Below, piece after piece: positions 20,645 to 32,042 of a DNA stretch of 64,000 nucleotides. This stretch comes from Tetramitus jugosus (lineage: Eukaryota > Protista > Heterolobosea), in contig OW569377.1 in NCBI GenBank assembly GCA_937625935.1, positions 124,001 to 188,000 of the forward strand, written 5' to 3'. The translations under genes and the position numbers were made by a program. Under the pieces are notes generated by a model that worked only from the letters and a program-made list of their open reading frames with translations, made no database searches and was not told where the DNA came from. The stretch's first letter is position 1, and every line of letters starts with the position of its first letter.

Positions 20645-21220
20645 ATGAATCAGAAAAAATGTGATAGCTCTATTCGCCACGTGTTCTCTAATCCATTCTT
20701 CTCCTATCAAGGACCAGAGTCCAAAACAGGTGAGGCTGTGTTTTTGATGGGAGATGGCTCGAGCTACGAAGGCCACTTTGTTCAGGGAGAGATCTCTGGT
20801 AAAGGAGTTAGGAGATTTCCAAATGGAAACACATACAGTGGAGATTTCATAGAAGGAGAGTTTCATGGAAATGGTGAATGGTTGAGTCACACAGAACGAT
20901 ACATTGGCCAATTTGTGAACAATCAGAGACATGGGGAAGGAGAACTTATCACCCAGTCTGGCCTTGTGATAAGAGGTAATTTCCATCAACAAAAACTGAA
21001 CGGAAAATGTCAAGTAACACTCACGTCAGCTCAAAGAGAGAAGTATCACCTGAAGGAGTTCACCGCTCACTTTGTTCAGAATAGTTTGAATGTCGAAGAA
21101 ACATTGCAAGTCAGTGGTGAGGATGGCACAGAAGAAATATTTGAACACCTTGAGTCCAGTCCCTATTCTCCTTTTATTCAATCCATAGTTAGAAGCGAAA
21201 TGACATCGGAAAACAAATGA
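20645..21220 (+). CDS. MORN-repeat protein
   Basis: Repeated Y.G.F..G..HG.G motifs; ATG at 20645. Confidence 0.8.
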   Translation: MNQKKCDSSIRHVFSNPFFSYQGPESKTGEAVFLMGDGSSYEGHFVQGEISGKGVRRFPNGNTYSGDFIEGEFHGNGEWLSHTERYIGQFVNNQRHGEGELITQSGLVIRGNFHQQKLNGKCQVTLTSAQREKYHLKEFTAHFVQNSLNVEETLQVSGEDGTEEIFEHLESSPYSPFIQSIVRSEMTSENK

Positions 21221-21364
21221 GGAGTGATCAGACTTTCAGTGATCAGATAAAACTTCTGACGGGTGATTGATCACTTAGGTTCTAATTTCAGTCAACCGTA
21301 AAACAAGTGTGAAAAAAAAGATCGTTTCATTTTCATTGTATTGATCAAAGGAGCGAGAAGTAAC

Positions 21365-23872
21365 ATGGTTAAAAACAAAACTACTTCTCCCAACAAAACC
21401 TCCTCATTCCCAACAACAATACCCGATAGAAAGAGACTCAACACAATGATGAAACCAGAGCTTTCAACAGGTGAAGAAGTCACAAAACGAAGTCCAAGAA
21501 GAGCTCAACATAAAGACACTATCGTGGAGTTGTCCGAGTTAGGTGATTCCGAGTCCACACAATCGTCAGCAGAACATCACCAACAGATTCAAATGGAATC
21601 ATCTCACACTCCACTACTCGTACCGAATCAGTTGCACAAGTACCACTACAAGCGCAGTGCTATTGTTCAAGCATTGCAAAGTTGTATCTCTCTCAAGCTA
21701 TTTCTCCCATTGTTCATTGTACTATCGATTATGATACCATTGATTCTAATCGTTGTGCTGAGCGCGGTTTATTTGAATGAGTCCACACACAGACTCTTAC
21801 TACAGATGCAACACAAAACATCGGACATGAACATTCTGTTTCTGACTCAATTCTTGGACCCAAGGTTGATGGTAGAGAGTATAGGCAATGAGTTGACCGT
21901 GGGAGCATTGTCTTTGACTCTTGATGAGAAAACGGATAGAAAACTCATGTGGGGGCACCTGCAAAACAATAGAAAAGCCGACCAGAGCTCCATCTATGTC
22001 ACAACCACATCAGGTAACATGTTGGGATACTTGAAGGAATCCAGTGATGGTGGTGATGACACGTCTTACTTGTTAATGACGATTACACCAGATACATTTG
22101 GTCAATGGAGACTGTTCAAGGCGGATCCAACCAATGGTGATCCCACTGATTTTCTCTATCAAGCACCTTTTGACCCAAGAACAAGAGATTGGTACTCCCA
22201 GACAATGGAAAAGAAGAGGTTGACCTTTACAAAAATTTATGATTTTTCCTCTAGTGGAGAATCTCAAACTTTTGGTATCACTGCCTCTGTCCCTGTTTTC
22301 AGTGACACCAATGAGAATTCAAACAGTGATGAATCAGCCAAAAACAAATTAATGGGTGTTGTGTCGGTTGATTACACAATCAACGCTCTAAGTCTTTTCC
22401 TGGCAGAAAACAAAGTGTGGAAGGATGGTGAGAGCTTCATCATTGAAAGAGATGGATTGATGGTAGCTAGTTCGACCGATAGTGTGACAATTGTGGGTGC
22501 CAATGGATTAACCAATCGTATCACATGCGATCAATCTCCCAATGCTCTCATATCGTCCGCTTGTCACTATCTCCTAACGAAGTACGATAGTTTTAATGAA
22601 GTTCATGATGAAGCCTTGGATCGTGGTGAGGACGATCATCTCATGTCAGAAAAGTTTGGAAGCAACAGAATGGTGATTACTACTTTCGAATACAATCAAA
22701 ATGACATATCATGGCTAATGATCTCAATAATTCCTGAACGAGTCATGGGTAGTGTGATGAACAGAGTCAGTCAGCTGATTATCATTTCTTTAGTCGTATT
22801 ATTCGTCACTGTGATACTAGCCTTCCTGGTAACTTGGTGTCTCATTGTTTGGCCACTGGATCGAATGAGTTATCAAATGAGCAAGGTCTCCGAGATGGAT
22901 TTCAACAACATTTCTCATAGTACTACGATTTTCTCAGAGTTCGCCAAAATTCAATCCGCATTCCTGTCGATGATTGTTGCACTGGAGAGCTTCCGTCGAT
23001 ACGTCCCTGATGCGATCACTAAGAGAGCAATGAATGATGACTTGAACGATACACTGACCAGGGACACATCATTGACTCAGGTGTACATGACGGCCTTTTC
23101 GTTGAATATCTCAGAGTTTGGTAGGATGTCAGAGCAATTGATACCCAGTGATCTGGAACTATTATTGAAGGAAGTACATGAAATTGTATCGAGTATTCTA
23201 CCAAAGTACGGTGCAACAATAGACACATTCTCAGGTGATAGTGTGCTAGTCATGTTCAATGCTCACTCCCCACTTGAGAAACACCAGAAGAAAGCATGTG
23301 AAGCAGCGTTAGAATGCAGGAAAGCACTTCTACAAAAGAAGGAGGTATGGAACCGAAGAGGAATAGAAGATGTGAACTGTAGAATTGGAATACATTCGGA
23401 TAAGGCTCTCGTCGGTTCAGTAGGTTCAAGAAATGGATCGAACTATACGGCAATAGGACCAGCAATTTCCATCACCAATACTCTTGAATCGTTGAGCAAG
23501 CACTATCGCACTAGCATTCTGATTAGTGGTGACATCCATTCTCAAGTTCAAGACTACTTTGTGTGCAGAGTGGTTGATATTGTGAACTCTCAAAAGGTTG
23601 GAGCTCCAAAGATGGCAGTCTATGAACTATTAGAAGCAAGGGACTATTGCAACTCCAATAGTGTATTGATGCTAGAAAAGTGGACAGGAGAGTGGAAACG
23701 AAATTGGGAACAGGGCAATGTTCCTCGGGCTCTTCACTGCCTTCAACAAGCACTAGGTCTCAAGGAATACCACAGAGACTACAATTTGAACATGCTCAAA
23801 AAGAGATGTGAATCTTACTTGAACGATCCTGCACGCCTCGTCCGCTCCACAGAATCCTCCAGTAGTTCATGA
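21365..23872 (+). CDS. Membrane receptor: Cache-like sensor, HAMP and class III nucleotidyl-cyclase-like domain
   Basis: Two TM helices around FDPRTRDWY / GVVSVDY Cache motifs; SFRRYVP, F.GDSVL, RIGIHS..ALVGSVGS..NYTAIG. Confidence 0.85.
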   Translation: MVKNKTTSPNKTSSFPTTIPDRKRLNTMMKPELSTGEEVTKRSPRRAQHKDTIVELSELGDSESTQSSAEHHQQIQMESSHTPLLVPNQLHKYHYKRSAIVQALQSCISLKLFLPLFIVLSIMIPLILIVVLSAVYLNESTHRLLLQMQHKTSDMNILFLTQFLDPRLMVESIGNELTVGALSLTLDEKTDRKLMWGHLQNNRKADQSSIYVTTTSGNMLGYLKESSDGGDDTSYLLMTITPDTFGQWRLFKADPTNGDPTDFLYQAPFDPRTRDWYSQTMEKKRLTFTKIYDFSSSGESQTFGITASVPVFSDTNENSNSDESAKNKLMGVVSVDYTINALSLFLAENKVWKDGESFIIERDGLMVASSTDSVTIVGANGLTNRITCDQSPNALISSACHYLLTKYDSFNEVHDEALDRGEDDHLMSEKFGSNRMVITTFEYNQNDISWLMISIIPERVMGSVMNRVSQLIIISLVVLFVTVILAFLVTWCLIVWPLDRMSYQMSKVSEMDFNNISHSTTIFSEFAKIQSAFLSMIVALESFRRYVPDAITKRAMNDDLNDTLTRDTSLTQVYMTAFSLNISEFGRMSEQLIPSDLELLLKEVHEIVSSILPKYGATIDTFSGDSVLVMFNAHSPLEKHQKKACEAALECRKALLQKKEVWNRRGIEDVNCRIGIHSDKALVGSVGSRNGSNYTAIGPAISITNTLESLSKHYRTSILISGDIHSQVQDYFVCRVVDIVNSQKVGAPKMAVYELLEARDYCNSNSVLMLEKWTGEWKRNWEQGNVPRALHCLQQALGLKEYHRDYNLNMLKKRCESYLNDPARLVRSTESSSSS

Positions 23873-24021
23873 ACCAGACATCGGACTAACACGATCGGAA
23901 TTGTGAAAGAAAGTGAGACGCGTGTTTCGGCGACTCACACGCAAAAGCTTACAGGCACCAAAAGCAAAAACTCAACAACAACAAAAAAATAAAGTTCATC
24001 AACAAACAACAACAACAATCA

Positions 24022-26907
24022 ATGAAGAGCTCAATGTTGCTTGCCAAGAGAACAATAATAGGCCTCCTACTATTGTTGTCCCTGTTTTGCTTCATTGTGA
24101 ACGCCGTGGATCATGGCAAGTTCCAAAAATGTGCTGAAAAAGGCTTTTGTAATCGATTGAGACAAACTGACACAAACGAAAACAAGAAGACACACTATGT
24201 GATTGACTCTTTCACCATCAATGACAAGAAGGATCAATACACTGCAAAGTTGATTGATCCATCGCCATCGTCGTCCTTTAATGGTGATTTGACTCTTGTC
24301 ATCAATGTTTACAAGGGTGGAATTTTCAGATTGAGAATGAGAGAATGGACTGAGAATGGTCTCAAGGACAAACTAAGCAGAAGATATCAAGTACAGGATG
24401 TTTTGATGCCTCATGTGACTGAACAATCATTCAATGTTCTTGATGCAAAGAATGACAAGACTGCAACATTGCAGATGGATCAAGCATCTCTTGTGATTTC
24501 CAAGGGAGATGAGCGCACACCATTCCAATTGACCTTGCAAGTCAATGGAAAGGATGCAATTACTGTGAATGGAGATCAGTTGTTGCGCGTAGAGAGTCAG
24601 TTTGTCAAGGAGAGAGAGGCATTGAAGGCTGAGCAAATCAAGCTTGCTCTCAATGATCAATTGGCCGCACAAAAGACGGATGAGGAGACTGCTGCTTCTG
24701 AGGTTGCTGCAACTGAAAACACTGAACCAACCAAGCAAGAAACAAGCTATAATGGTGAATATGCTGTTGGTATTGATTTTGTTTTCCATGGAGCTAGTAA
24801 TGTGTATGGTATCCCAGAAAGATCCACTGATTTGTCTCTGAAGCCAACCAGAGGACAAGATGTAGCATCTGAACCATACAGAATGTACAATTTGGATGTG
24901 TTTGAGTATGAATTGGACAGTCCATTGGGTCTCTATGGTATTATCCCTCTGTTGTACTCATTGAAGAAGGGATTGGCTGCTGGTGTGTTTGTGTTGAATC
25001 CTTCCGAGTCATTTGTGGATATTGAACAGAATAACTCGAACACCAAGGCTCACTGGATCAGTGAAAATGGTTTGTTGGATGTTTTCTTGATGCCTGGTCC
25101 AACTCCAATGAATATTGTCAATCAATATTCCTATCTCACTGGTTATAACGCTCTCCCTCAGCAATTTGCTCTTGCGTACCATCAGTGCAGATGGAACTAC
25201 AAGGATGAGGATGATGTCGCCATGGTTGATGCCAAGTATGACGAAATGAACATTCCAATGGATGTTTTGTGGCTTGATATTGAACATACCGATCAGAAGA
25301 AGTACTTCACCTGGGACAAGCATCTATTCCCAAATCCAAAGCAAATGCAAGATAAACTTGCAGGAAAGGGAAGAAAGATGGTTACCATCTCTGATCCACA
25401 TATTAAACGAACTCCAGGATACTTTGTCCATGATGAGGCAACCAAGAATGGATACTATGTGAAGAAGAGTGATGGAAGTGATTATGAAGGCCAGTGCTGG
25501 CCAGGCTCTTCTAGCTGGTTGGATTACTTTAATCCTGAAGTCAGAAAGTTCTACTCCTCTCTGTATCAATTTGACAAGTATGAGGGCTCCACTCACAACT
25601 TGTATACTTGGATCGATATGAATGAACCATCTGTTTTCTCGGGTCCAGAAGTAACTATGGACAAGGATGCCATCCATTATGGTGGATTGACTCACGGAGA
25701 AGTGCACAACATGTACGGTTTTTATCAAGGTCTCGCTACCTATCAAGGCCATGTTGATCGTAGAGCAGGTGAAGACAGACCATTCATTCTCTCTCGTTCA
25801 TTCTTTGCTGGATCACAACGACATGTTGCCATTTGGACTGGTGACAACATGGCCAAGTGGGATCACTTGAATAAGGCGCAACCAATGATTATGTCCTTTG
25901 GTATTGCTGGTCTCTCATTTGTTGGAGCTGATGTTGGTGGTTTCTTCGGTAATCCATATGAAAAGCTTTTGTCAAGATGGTACCAAGCAGGTGCCTTCTA
26001 TCCATTCTTCAGAGCTCATGCACATATTGAGACTCAGAGAAGAGAACCGTGGTTGTTTGGAGATGATATTATGAACATTATTAGAGCAGCCATCCAAAGA
26101 AGATATACTCTCTTGCCATACTATTATACTCTGGCCTTCCATGCCTCAGTGAATGCAGCCCCTATTATGAGACCATTGTTCTTTGACTATCCTGAAGATG
26201 AAAAAACCTACAAGATCCAAGATCAATTCTTGGTTGGCTCGAACATACTAGTGAAGCCTGTTGTTGAAGAAAAAACAACATCATTGAACGTTTATCTCCC
26301 AGGTGGTAGCGATGCTGTGTGGTACGATTATGAAGACTTTAGAAAGTTCAAGGGAGGCGCAGAAGTAACAATTGACACTCCAGTCACCAAGATCCCAGTC
26401 TTCCAAAAGGGAGGAAGCATCATTCCAATTAAGAACAGAATGAGAAGATCATCTCCACTCATGGAAAATGATCCATACACTCTCAGAATTGCCTTGGACA
26501 AGAATATGCAAGCATATGGTGATCTGTACATTGATGATGGTAAATCGTTCAACTACAGAAGAGGACAATACCTGTACAGAACATTCTCGTTCGACAAGAA
26601 CAAGCTCACTACTTCAAGAGGAGACTTGAGCAATGTCATTTTGGATGCAAATAGCCAACACATCGCACCATCCAAGGCATACACAGTGTCCAACACCATT
26701 GAAAGACTTGTCATTATTGGATACCCAACCAAGCCAACCAAGATTACCTTGACCATCCAGCCTGCCGACTCTACCAATGTGGTCTCTCCTGATGCCATTG
26801 AGCTCAGATCCGACCTAGAATTCAGCTATGATGCTTCTTCTCAAACAGTAGTCGTGCGCAAGCCTCTGGCTCGCATCGACGGACAATGGACCATCTCCAT
26901 CGAATAA
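24022..26907 (+). CDS. GANAB: Glucosidase II alpha subunit (GH31)
   Basis: Signal peptide; YRMYNLDVFEY, HQCRWNY, WLDIEH, WIDMNEPSVF, WTGDN, FFRAHAH. Confidence 0.93.
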   Translation: MKSSMLLAKRTIIGLLLLLSLFCFIVNAVDHGKFQKCAEKGFCNRLRQTDTNENKKTHYVIDSFTINDKKDQYTAKLIDPSPSSSFNGDLTLVINVYKGGIFRLRMREWTENGLKDKLSRRYQVQDVLMPHVTEQSFNVLDAKNDKTATLQMDQASLVISKGDERTPFQLTLQVNGKDAITVNGDQLLRVESQFVKEREALKAEQIKLALNDQLAAQKTDEETAASEVAATENTEPTKQETSYNGEYAVGIDFVFHGASNVYGIPERSTDLSLKPTRGQDVASEPYRMYNLDVFEYELDSPLGLYGIIPLLYSLKKGLAAGVFVLNPSESFVDIEQNNSNTKAHWISENGLLDVFLMPGPTPMNIVNQYSYLTGYNALPQQFALAYHQCRWNYKDEDDVAMVDAKYDEMNIPMDVLWLDIEHTDQKKYFTWDKHLFPNPKQMQDKLAGKGRKMVTISDPHIKRTPGYFVHDEATKNGYYVKKSDGSDYEGQCWPGSSSWLDYFNPEVRKFYSSLYQFDKYEGSTHNLYTWIDMNEPSVFSGPEVTMDKDAIHYGGLTHGEVHNMYGFYQGLATYQGHVDRRAGEDRPFILSRSFFAGSQRHVAIWTGDNMAKWDHLNKAQPMIMSFGIAGLSFVGADVGGFFGNPYEKLLSRWYQAGAFYPFFRAHAHIETQRREPWLFGDDIMNIIRAAIQRRYTLLPYYYTLAFHASVNAAPIMRPLFFDYPEDEKTYKIQDQFLVGSNILVKPVVEEKTTSLNVYLPGGSDAVWYDYEDFRKFKGGAEVTIDTPVTKIPVFQKGGSIIPIKNRMRRSSPLMENDPYTLRIALDKNMQAYGDLYIDDGKSFNYRRGQYLYRTFSFDKNKLTTSRGDLSNVILDANSQHIAPSKAYTVSNTIERLVIIGYPTKPTKITLTIQPADSTNVVSPDAIELRSDLEFSYDASSQTVVVRKPLARIDGQWTISIE

Positions 26908-27085
26908 AGCAATTGATTCGTCCTCTATATTTGCGAAGAACAAAGGAGTCCTTCAGGAAATAAGCCGCTGGACAATAGGATAATGTTCACAAGTTGACGG
27001 AGGGTTAGTTGTTGAGCTCAAGATCATCTATTCACAAAACAAGAACAACAAAAGATCGAGTTACTTGATCCCAAAACAACAAACA

Positions 27086-28035
27086 ATGCAAAAGATTTTC
27101 CAATCGACATTGAGAACAAACAACAAGAGACTGGCGATCGCCACTTCCTCCCTGGCCCTCGGCGGTGCAGCATCTGCCTATTGGATGTCTCACCGCCACC
27201 ACTATCACAACAGCAACCTGTTGTTGTCTGCTCGCAAGGAGAAGAACAAGAACAATTGACTGCAGCATTGGATCCAACAAAGTTCACTCCATTCCCATTG
27301 CAACACATTGATCAATTGACTCACAATGTCAAGCGATATCGATTTGCATTGCCAAGTGAACATCATGTGACTGGTTTGACAGTCGCCAGCTGCATACTCG
27401 TCATGGCCAACATTGACGGCAAGGCTGAAATTAGACCGTACACACCTACTTCGACACCAGAAGAGAAGGGTTACTTTGATTTGATGATCAAGGTTTATCC
27501 AACTGGTAAGATGAGTCAACATATTGATCATTTGAAGGTGGGTGATTGTTTGTTGGTCAAGGGTCCACTCTTGAAATTCAAGTATGAACCAAATTCGAAG
27601 GAGTTGGGTTTGATTGCCGGTGGCACTGGTTTCACTCCCATGTATCAACTGATCCGTAAGGTGTTGGACAATCCGGATGACAAGACAAAGATTTCAATGA
27701 TTTATGCCAATGTCACGCCGGATGACATCATGCTCAAGTCTGAATTGGACAGATTGCAATCGGAGCACCCTGAAAGACTACAAGTGCACTACACTGTAGA
27801 CAGAGTGCTCGATGGTCAATCCTGGAATCAAGATGTGGGCTATGTCACAGCGGATATGATCACCAAGTATTTACCAAATGCAACCAATGGCGAGGACGTG
27901 TGGTTGGGTGTATGTGGCCCACCACCATTCATGAAGTTGTTGTCTGGTGAGAAGCCAAAACCAACAGAACAGGGAGAGCTCTCTGGATTGTTGAAGAACT
28001 TGGGTTACACTGAGAAGAATGTTTTCAAGTTCTAA
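27086..28035 (+). CDS. NADH-cytochrome b5 reductase (MCR1-like); targeting leader is in a different frame from the catalytic domain
   Basis: RPYTP, IKVYPTGKMS, GLIAGGTGFTPM, CGPPPFM; upstream ATG at 27086 encodes a presequence plus TM segment and is out of frame near 27205. Confidence 0.85.
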
Positions 28036-28074
28036 ATCATGAATTAAAGTTGTTTACTCTGTGGTTTACATTTT

Positions 28075-31000
28075 CTATCCCATCAGTCTTCTCAGAATAG
28101 TCACAATTGGCAATTGAAGCAATGCCACAATTGGACCAACACTCGAAATGAATGAGAATACAATTGCCAATCCAAACACGACCAAAATAATCTTCCATGG
28201 AACAATGAAGTCGACTGGTAATTGGGTGAATAGAGTGTTTTGCAGAGCCATTGTATATCCGATCGATAATCCAATAAGGATACCCATGATCGATGCAGCA
28301 ATAATCAACACAAATGCTTCATAAATAAATAGACGAATGATAACACCTTTTCGACATCCGATAGCTCGTAAAATACCAATCTCCTTTGCTTGCTCATTAA
28401 TATTGCTGTACATGGACGACATGAGAGAGAAGAAGCAGATACTCATTGCTACGACCGTAGTAAAGATAAAGAAAAAATCGAGCACTTGTGTGGCAATTGA
28501 CAATGGCTCAAGTTCGCTATTCAAGTCCTTGAATGAGATGCCCTTCTCGCGAGAAATTGTTCGTAAGCTGGCCAAGAAATTATTCACATCAGTGCCAGAG
28601 GCTTTCTCATTAATGTCTAACAACATCTTCTGAATTGGTACAGCGGACACCGAGTTAATGGAATTGTTTGACATTCTAACAAAAGTTGGGAATGAGACAA
28701 ATGACGACTGCCATGTTAGGAGAGGGAATTTGCTAAACGTGCCGACTGGACCAGCATCCAAAAACGCAAGAGGCTTCAATAATCGGTGCTCATATCTGGG
28801 TAACCTATTTGTTTTGCGAGGCAATTCAAGCACAAAGGTACTATCCAGATTAATGTTCATTAAACTCTTATAAAGAGAGCCTACCAGTGCAGTTGATGAT
28901 CCCTGGATCTCGTAGAGCATTGTTGTCAGAGTACGTCCATACTTTTCAAATTTGGATGAAGGTTTTGGTTGATCGTCCACTACAACAAAGGTATTACCCG
29001 TAACATCAAAGAAATTGGCACTGACTGCATACACACTTTGAGAATACGATATCCAACCTCCCTTGGTTGTTAATTGCGGAATACTGTATGGCGCTACTTC
29101 GTTCAGTGGGTATGATATGTATGTATACCCCTTGCATGCACGTGAATCAGTACACAACTTCTCCAGCGTTCCCTTGGTGAGAGAGGAACGGAAACTGCTA
29201 TGAGAGGAAGCAACCATGTTGACTCTTGTTCCATATGTTCTTAATAAACCATATCTCAATGTCTTAATCTGACCGGTAAAACTTAGAGTCAAAAATATGA
29301 TGAATCCCAAACTCAACGAGAACATGATTGTTGTCTTTCTGTTTCTCAATCGATGTGCCACTAAATTCTTTAGCACTATATCACGCACAGCATAATTCTC
29401 CCAGAAGAAGAACGCTTGTGTAGTAAAGAATTCTAAACTGCTCTCAAAATTCAAAGAAAGCATAATCAATCCCAACAACATGGCCAATAGCAAACCAAAG
29501 AACATGTAGAGCAATAGTGACAAGTTCAGAGACAACAGTGACAGTGGGAAGAAATAGTACACAGAGGCACCAAATACAACCATGAAAGAACCAACTATCA
29601 CTGATGTCCAATTGATTCCACCCTCGCTCGCTCGATCAATTGAATACTTGACAGCCTTAGTCTTTGATCGAGAAGCATCCAGGGATTCTGTTAAATTCTT
29701 TCCTAACGCGGTCCATATTGGCAAAATACTTGACACAATAGGGATAATAATTCCGAGTGCCGTAGCAAGTCCAAACGCTCTCCACGTTACCATTCTGCTA
29801 ATTTCAACCTGTAGAACGTTGCTGAGTAGTACAGCGACTCCAATGAAGGACACCTGACCCAATATCACTCCAAAAATCCATCCAGGTACAGCATAGAAGA
29901 ACGCTTGTACCAAGATCAATTGAACTACACCAGTAACTCGGATACCAATCATTCTCAACACACCCATCTCAAATGTTCTATTCTCCACATTGATCATCAA
30001 AAGTGAATAGATCAAAATAACACTCAGCGTCGTCAAAATAGTAACGATAATTGAAATGATGAGTCCAAGAAAGAGCGCAAAGAACTGAGTGTTCTTCATG
30101 TACGTTAAAACTGGAAACTGCGCTTGCAATTGATCAAATCCCATCAAATATAATCCCTTACTTGCAAAAGTAACCAACTTTCTCTGTATGACAGCATAAT
30201 CATTCTCATTATAAACATCCAATCGACTCGGAGGATGATTAATGTACATGTACTCTGCGTACTTGTAGAGATCAACCGTTGAAAGAACATCCTCAGTACT
30301 CTGACCGAATAATTGCGGTGGTAAAAACTTTGCTAAGTGCGGCATCAAGGTAGAATACTCGATGAAAATTGCAGAGTTTGTTGTCGTACTAATCTTTCCA
30401 TAGTACTGAGTAGAGTCTATTACCTTCTTCACTGTGACGGGAATGTGAATATTGCCGTCATTAAACTCTACACGACCGGAATAAATATTCGGATCGTCAA
30501 TAATCATTCCAGCTTCTCTGAACGGACCAATAAATTGATTCATGAGAGGAATGGTCAATATAACACTGTCTCCACTTTTAACATTGAGTTCTTTTGCCAT
30601 GGAAGCCGTCATATACACTTCACCTGCCCCCAATTTTGCATGGGTCCACTTTCTTCCGAGTTGAATCTTCTTCTCAATATCATGATCATAAATTACCAGT
30701 ATGGATTGATAGGCACGCACTTGACACAGTTCAGGAACGCAGAATTGACCAGCATTGAAATCAATCCTCTCCAGATCATTCAAATCTCTATCTGTCGGTG
30801 GTGTACCACACTCTTTAATGTTTTTTGTTCCGACATACATCCAATCCCACTGATCCGCCTCGTGTATCGAAAGAGAACTCGGATCATACCCCAAGCGGTC
30901 AGCACATCCCTTGGCACTTGAACCAGTGACTTGACCCATGACCAACCTCGGTGCAAAATACGAGTACGTTGTGTGATCCTCTGCTGTTGTATGTGGCCCC

Positions 31001-31686
31001 TTGATCGACTCCATCACACTCTTGTAACTCAGAGAGACACCAGGAGCGTACTGTGAGGCATACACACGCAAATCAAACTCTCCTGCATTCATCTCTGCCA
31101 ATCTCATGAAAATCAATGGTACTTGATCGAGTGCAGTCACACACATGATTACCATCCAAACCACAATGAAACAACTGGACAATCCAATAAAGAATGTCAC
31201 CTTTTTCGATCGTATATCATTGAACGTGTACTTGATGAATTGCTTGTACATGTGAAACAGGGAACCCAATGAGCGCTTCACTCTCTCTTTTGACCTCAAA
31301 AATAACAGTGTAGATCTCAATAGATGATACATGTAGAGCATCCATGATTGTACATTACCACTGTCATCATCTTCATCGTCACCATTGTGCGAATTTGCAC
31401 CATTTGCACCATGATCATTATCATCACCATAACCAGTGGTGTGATCAATCAAATTGGCATGTTCACTATACTTGTTGTGTGAGGGAGTGGTGGTGGTGGT
31501 GGGAGTCGTTGGAGTAAGATCACTCGTGTCAGCATTGAGTGAGCCATCAAAATGTTCAATGTTGAGCTCGAGTTCGTTTGGTGAAGTGTCACCATTATCA
31601 TCACCTGTATGATTGTTATTATGACTATTGTTTCCACTCAATGGCTCCACCAACTTTTGTTTCTTGTTGTTCTTTTTCTTGGCCAT
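28075..31686 (-). CDS. FtsX/MacB-like ABC permease with two permease modules
   Basis: ENRTFEMGVLRMIG and EQAKEIGILRAIG motifs, each followed by multiple TM helices. Confidence 0.85.
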   Translation of the reverse strand: MAKKKNNKKQKLVEPLSGNNSHNNNHTGDDNGDTSPNELELNIEHFDGSLNADTSDLTPTTPTTTTTPSHNKYSEHANLIDHTTGYGDDNDHGANGANSHNGDDEDDDSGNVQSWMLYMYHLLRSTLLFLRSKERVKRSLGSLFHMYKQFIKYTFNDIRSKKVTFFIGLSSCFIVVWMVIMCVTALDQVPLIFMRLAEMNAGEFDLRVYASQYAPGVSLSYKSVMESIKGPHTTAEDHTTYSYFAPRLVMGQVTGSSAKGCADRLGYDPSSLSIHEADQWDWMYVGTKNIKECGTPPTDRDLNDLERIDFNAGQFCVPELCQVRAYQSILVIYDHDIEKKIQLGRKWTHAKLGAGEVYMTASMAKELNVKSGDSVILTIPLMNQFIGPFREAGMIIDDPNIYSGRVEFNDGNIHIPVTVKKVIDSTQYYGKISTTTNSAIFIEYSTLMPHLAKFLPPQLFGQSTEDVLSTVDLYKYAEYMYINHPPSRLDVYNENDYAVIQRKLVTFASKGLYLMGFDQLQAQFPVLTYMKNTQFFALFLGLIISIIVTILTTLSVILIYSLLMINVENRTFEMGVLRMIGIRVTGVVQLILVQAFFYAVPGWIFGVILGQVSFIGVAVLLSNVLQVEISRMVTWRAFGLATALGIIIPIVSSILPIWTALGKNLTESLDASRSKTKAVKYSIDRASEGGINWTSVIVGSFMVVFGASVYYFFPLSLLSLNLSLLLYMFFGLLLAMLLGLIMLSLNFESSLEFFTTQAFFFWENYAVRDIVLKNLVAHRLRNRKTTIMFSLSLGFIIFLTLSFTGQIKTLRYGLLRTYGTRVNMVASSHSSFRSSLTKGTLEKLCTDSRACKGYTYISYPLNEVAPYSIPQLTTKGGWISYSQSVYAVSANFFDVTGNTFVVVDDQPKPSSKFEKYGRTLTTMLYEIQGSSTALVGSLYKSLMNINLDSTFVLELPRKTNRLPRYEHRLLKPLAFLDAGPVGTFSKFPLLTWQSSFVSFPTFVRMSNNSINSVSAVPIQKMLLDINEKASGTDVNNFLASLRTISREKGISFKDLNSELEPLSIATQVLDFFFIFTTVVAMSICFFSLMSSMYSNINEQAKEIGILRAIGCRKGVIIRLFIYEAFVLIIAASIMGILIGLSIGYTMALQNTLFTQLPVDFIVPWKIILVVFGLAIVFSFISSVGPIVALLQLPIVTILRRLMG

Positions 31687-32042
31687 TTTATCTGAGTGCT
31701 AGCAATGTGTTCGAACAAAGGCTTAAACAACAAAATGAAAGGGTTGTGTGAGTATCTGGTTTTGTTCAGTGTGGATTCTTGTTTCGCTTTTGGTGAGGAG
31801 AATTGCGGAACGGGCTAAATGTTCAGTTCCTTCCTTGCCATTTCGAACTAGACACCTCCATGATCGCATCTCCGATTTTGGCGCCAAACTTTTTTGTTGG
31901 GTGAAGTCTCATTTTTGTTTTGCAAAGTTCAATGAATGGATGCAGTCAACTATGGGGTTACAAAAGTTCTGAAAACTTGCGAGGGATGTCTTGATTGCAA
32001 AAAAAACAAACTAAATTCACACGTCAAAACACATATAACAGA

